Shown: positions 63,357 to 64,000 of the stretch, in pieces
Position numbering within the stretch: position 1 is the stretch's first letter
Layout: each line of letters opens with the position of its first letter
Source: Octopus sinensis
Lineage: Eukaryota
Assembly (NCBI RefSeq): GCF_006345805.1
Contig: NC_043000.1
Location: 149,544,001-149,608,000 of the forward strand
DNA length: 64,000 bases
Direction of reading: 5' to 3'
Made by a program: the position numbers and the translations under genes
Notes under the pieces: generated by a model
Databases searched by the model: none
The model's input: only the letters and a program-made list of their open reading frames with translations
Told to the model about the DNA's origin: nothing

Positions 63357-63777
63357 TTAAAAATTAAGGATAAAATCTTGAAAATTAAAATCTTAATTGT
63401 TAAATTTATCCTTAATTGTTAAATTTGTTCCAATGAAACACGTTTCTTTCCGAAATGCATTTCGAAAAAGCCAGCCATTTACATAAATATATGATGAATT
63501 AACATTTCCACGTGCTACGATGGACTCAACGGTTGTCTGTTTAGTTCCGCCTAGTAGGTTGGTTTTGTTTATTTATGATATGTTTTGAATATGTTTCACT
63601 GATGAACAAAAGACGTAGAAAATACGTTAATTGCGAAATCACAGGTGATCTGGAACTAAATTCTTTTTCTAAATGTCTTGCTTTGAGAAATGCATTGGGT
63701 ACGATCCGTTTATGTTTGGTAGTATTGACTTTGAAGGTCCCTCCTAGCATGTGGCATTAATGTGTATTAATGCCCTC

Positions 63778-63841
<64 letters not shown>

Positions 63842-63844
<3 letters not shown>

Positions 63845-64000
63845 TAGCAGTATCACCCGGCGTTGCTCGGGTTTGTAAGGGAAATAACTATATAAGCATT
63901 TTTAGAGAGTTACTTCCCTTATAGATGCCAATTCGGGCTTTCTTAGCCATTTCTGTTTTGGTGTCTTCAAAAGAACGCTGGTCTCCTTGACAACGCTTTA
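63842..64000 (+). mobile_element. 5' end of a Helitron-like non-autonomous element (runs off the window)
   Basis: TACTAGCAGTATCACCCGGCGTTGCTCGGG as at 55213, and TTAGAGAGTTACTTCCCTTATA as at 18220 and 19765. Confidence 0.6.

Overview
AT-rich, repeat-saturated animal genomic DNA, very probably Octopus: the tRNA-derived SINEs resemble the octopus OK/OR1/OR2 families, recognised from memory and not database-checked. No host protein-coding exon, rRNA, true tRNA gene or CRISPR array can be supported. Positions 1-15368 are a head-to-tail, minus-strand array of L1-superfamily Tx1-type LINEs: partial unit A, full-length units B and C from two subfamilies, and a 5'-truncated unit E. Each carries a CCHC ORF1 and/or an APE-RT-CCHC ORF2. 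The rest of the window holds a 5'-truncated RTE LINE, about ten degraded R4/Dong-type LINE fragments tied to (TAA)n microsatellites, a mariner relic, a two-LTR CsRn1-type Gypsy element with a tRNA-Trp PBS, a Merlin transposon with TIRs and TSD, Helitron-like non-autonomous elements, MITEs, three SINE families and long microsatellites. The most interesting observations are: (1) the Tx1 array has conserved junction motifs that suggest target regeneration or self-targeting; (2) a tRNA-derived SINE family shares its 3' tail with these Tx1 LINEs (33/36 nt), a candidate SINE-LINE partnership; (3) an AGGTAAGT-RATG motif sits at every ORF1/ORF2 junction; (4) there is a minimal hammerhead ribozyme motif; (5) an ORF-less ~555-bp element is always inserted in (TAA)n; and (6) the elements show a strong minus-strand bias. 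Coordinates were read by eye and boundaries may be off by a few to tens of bases.
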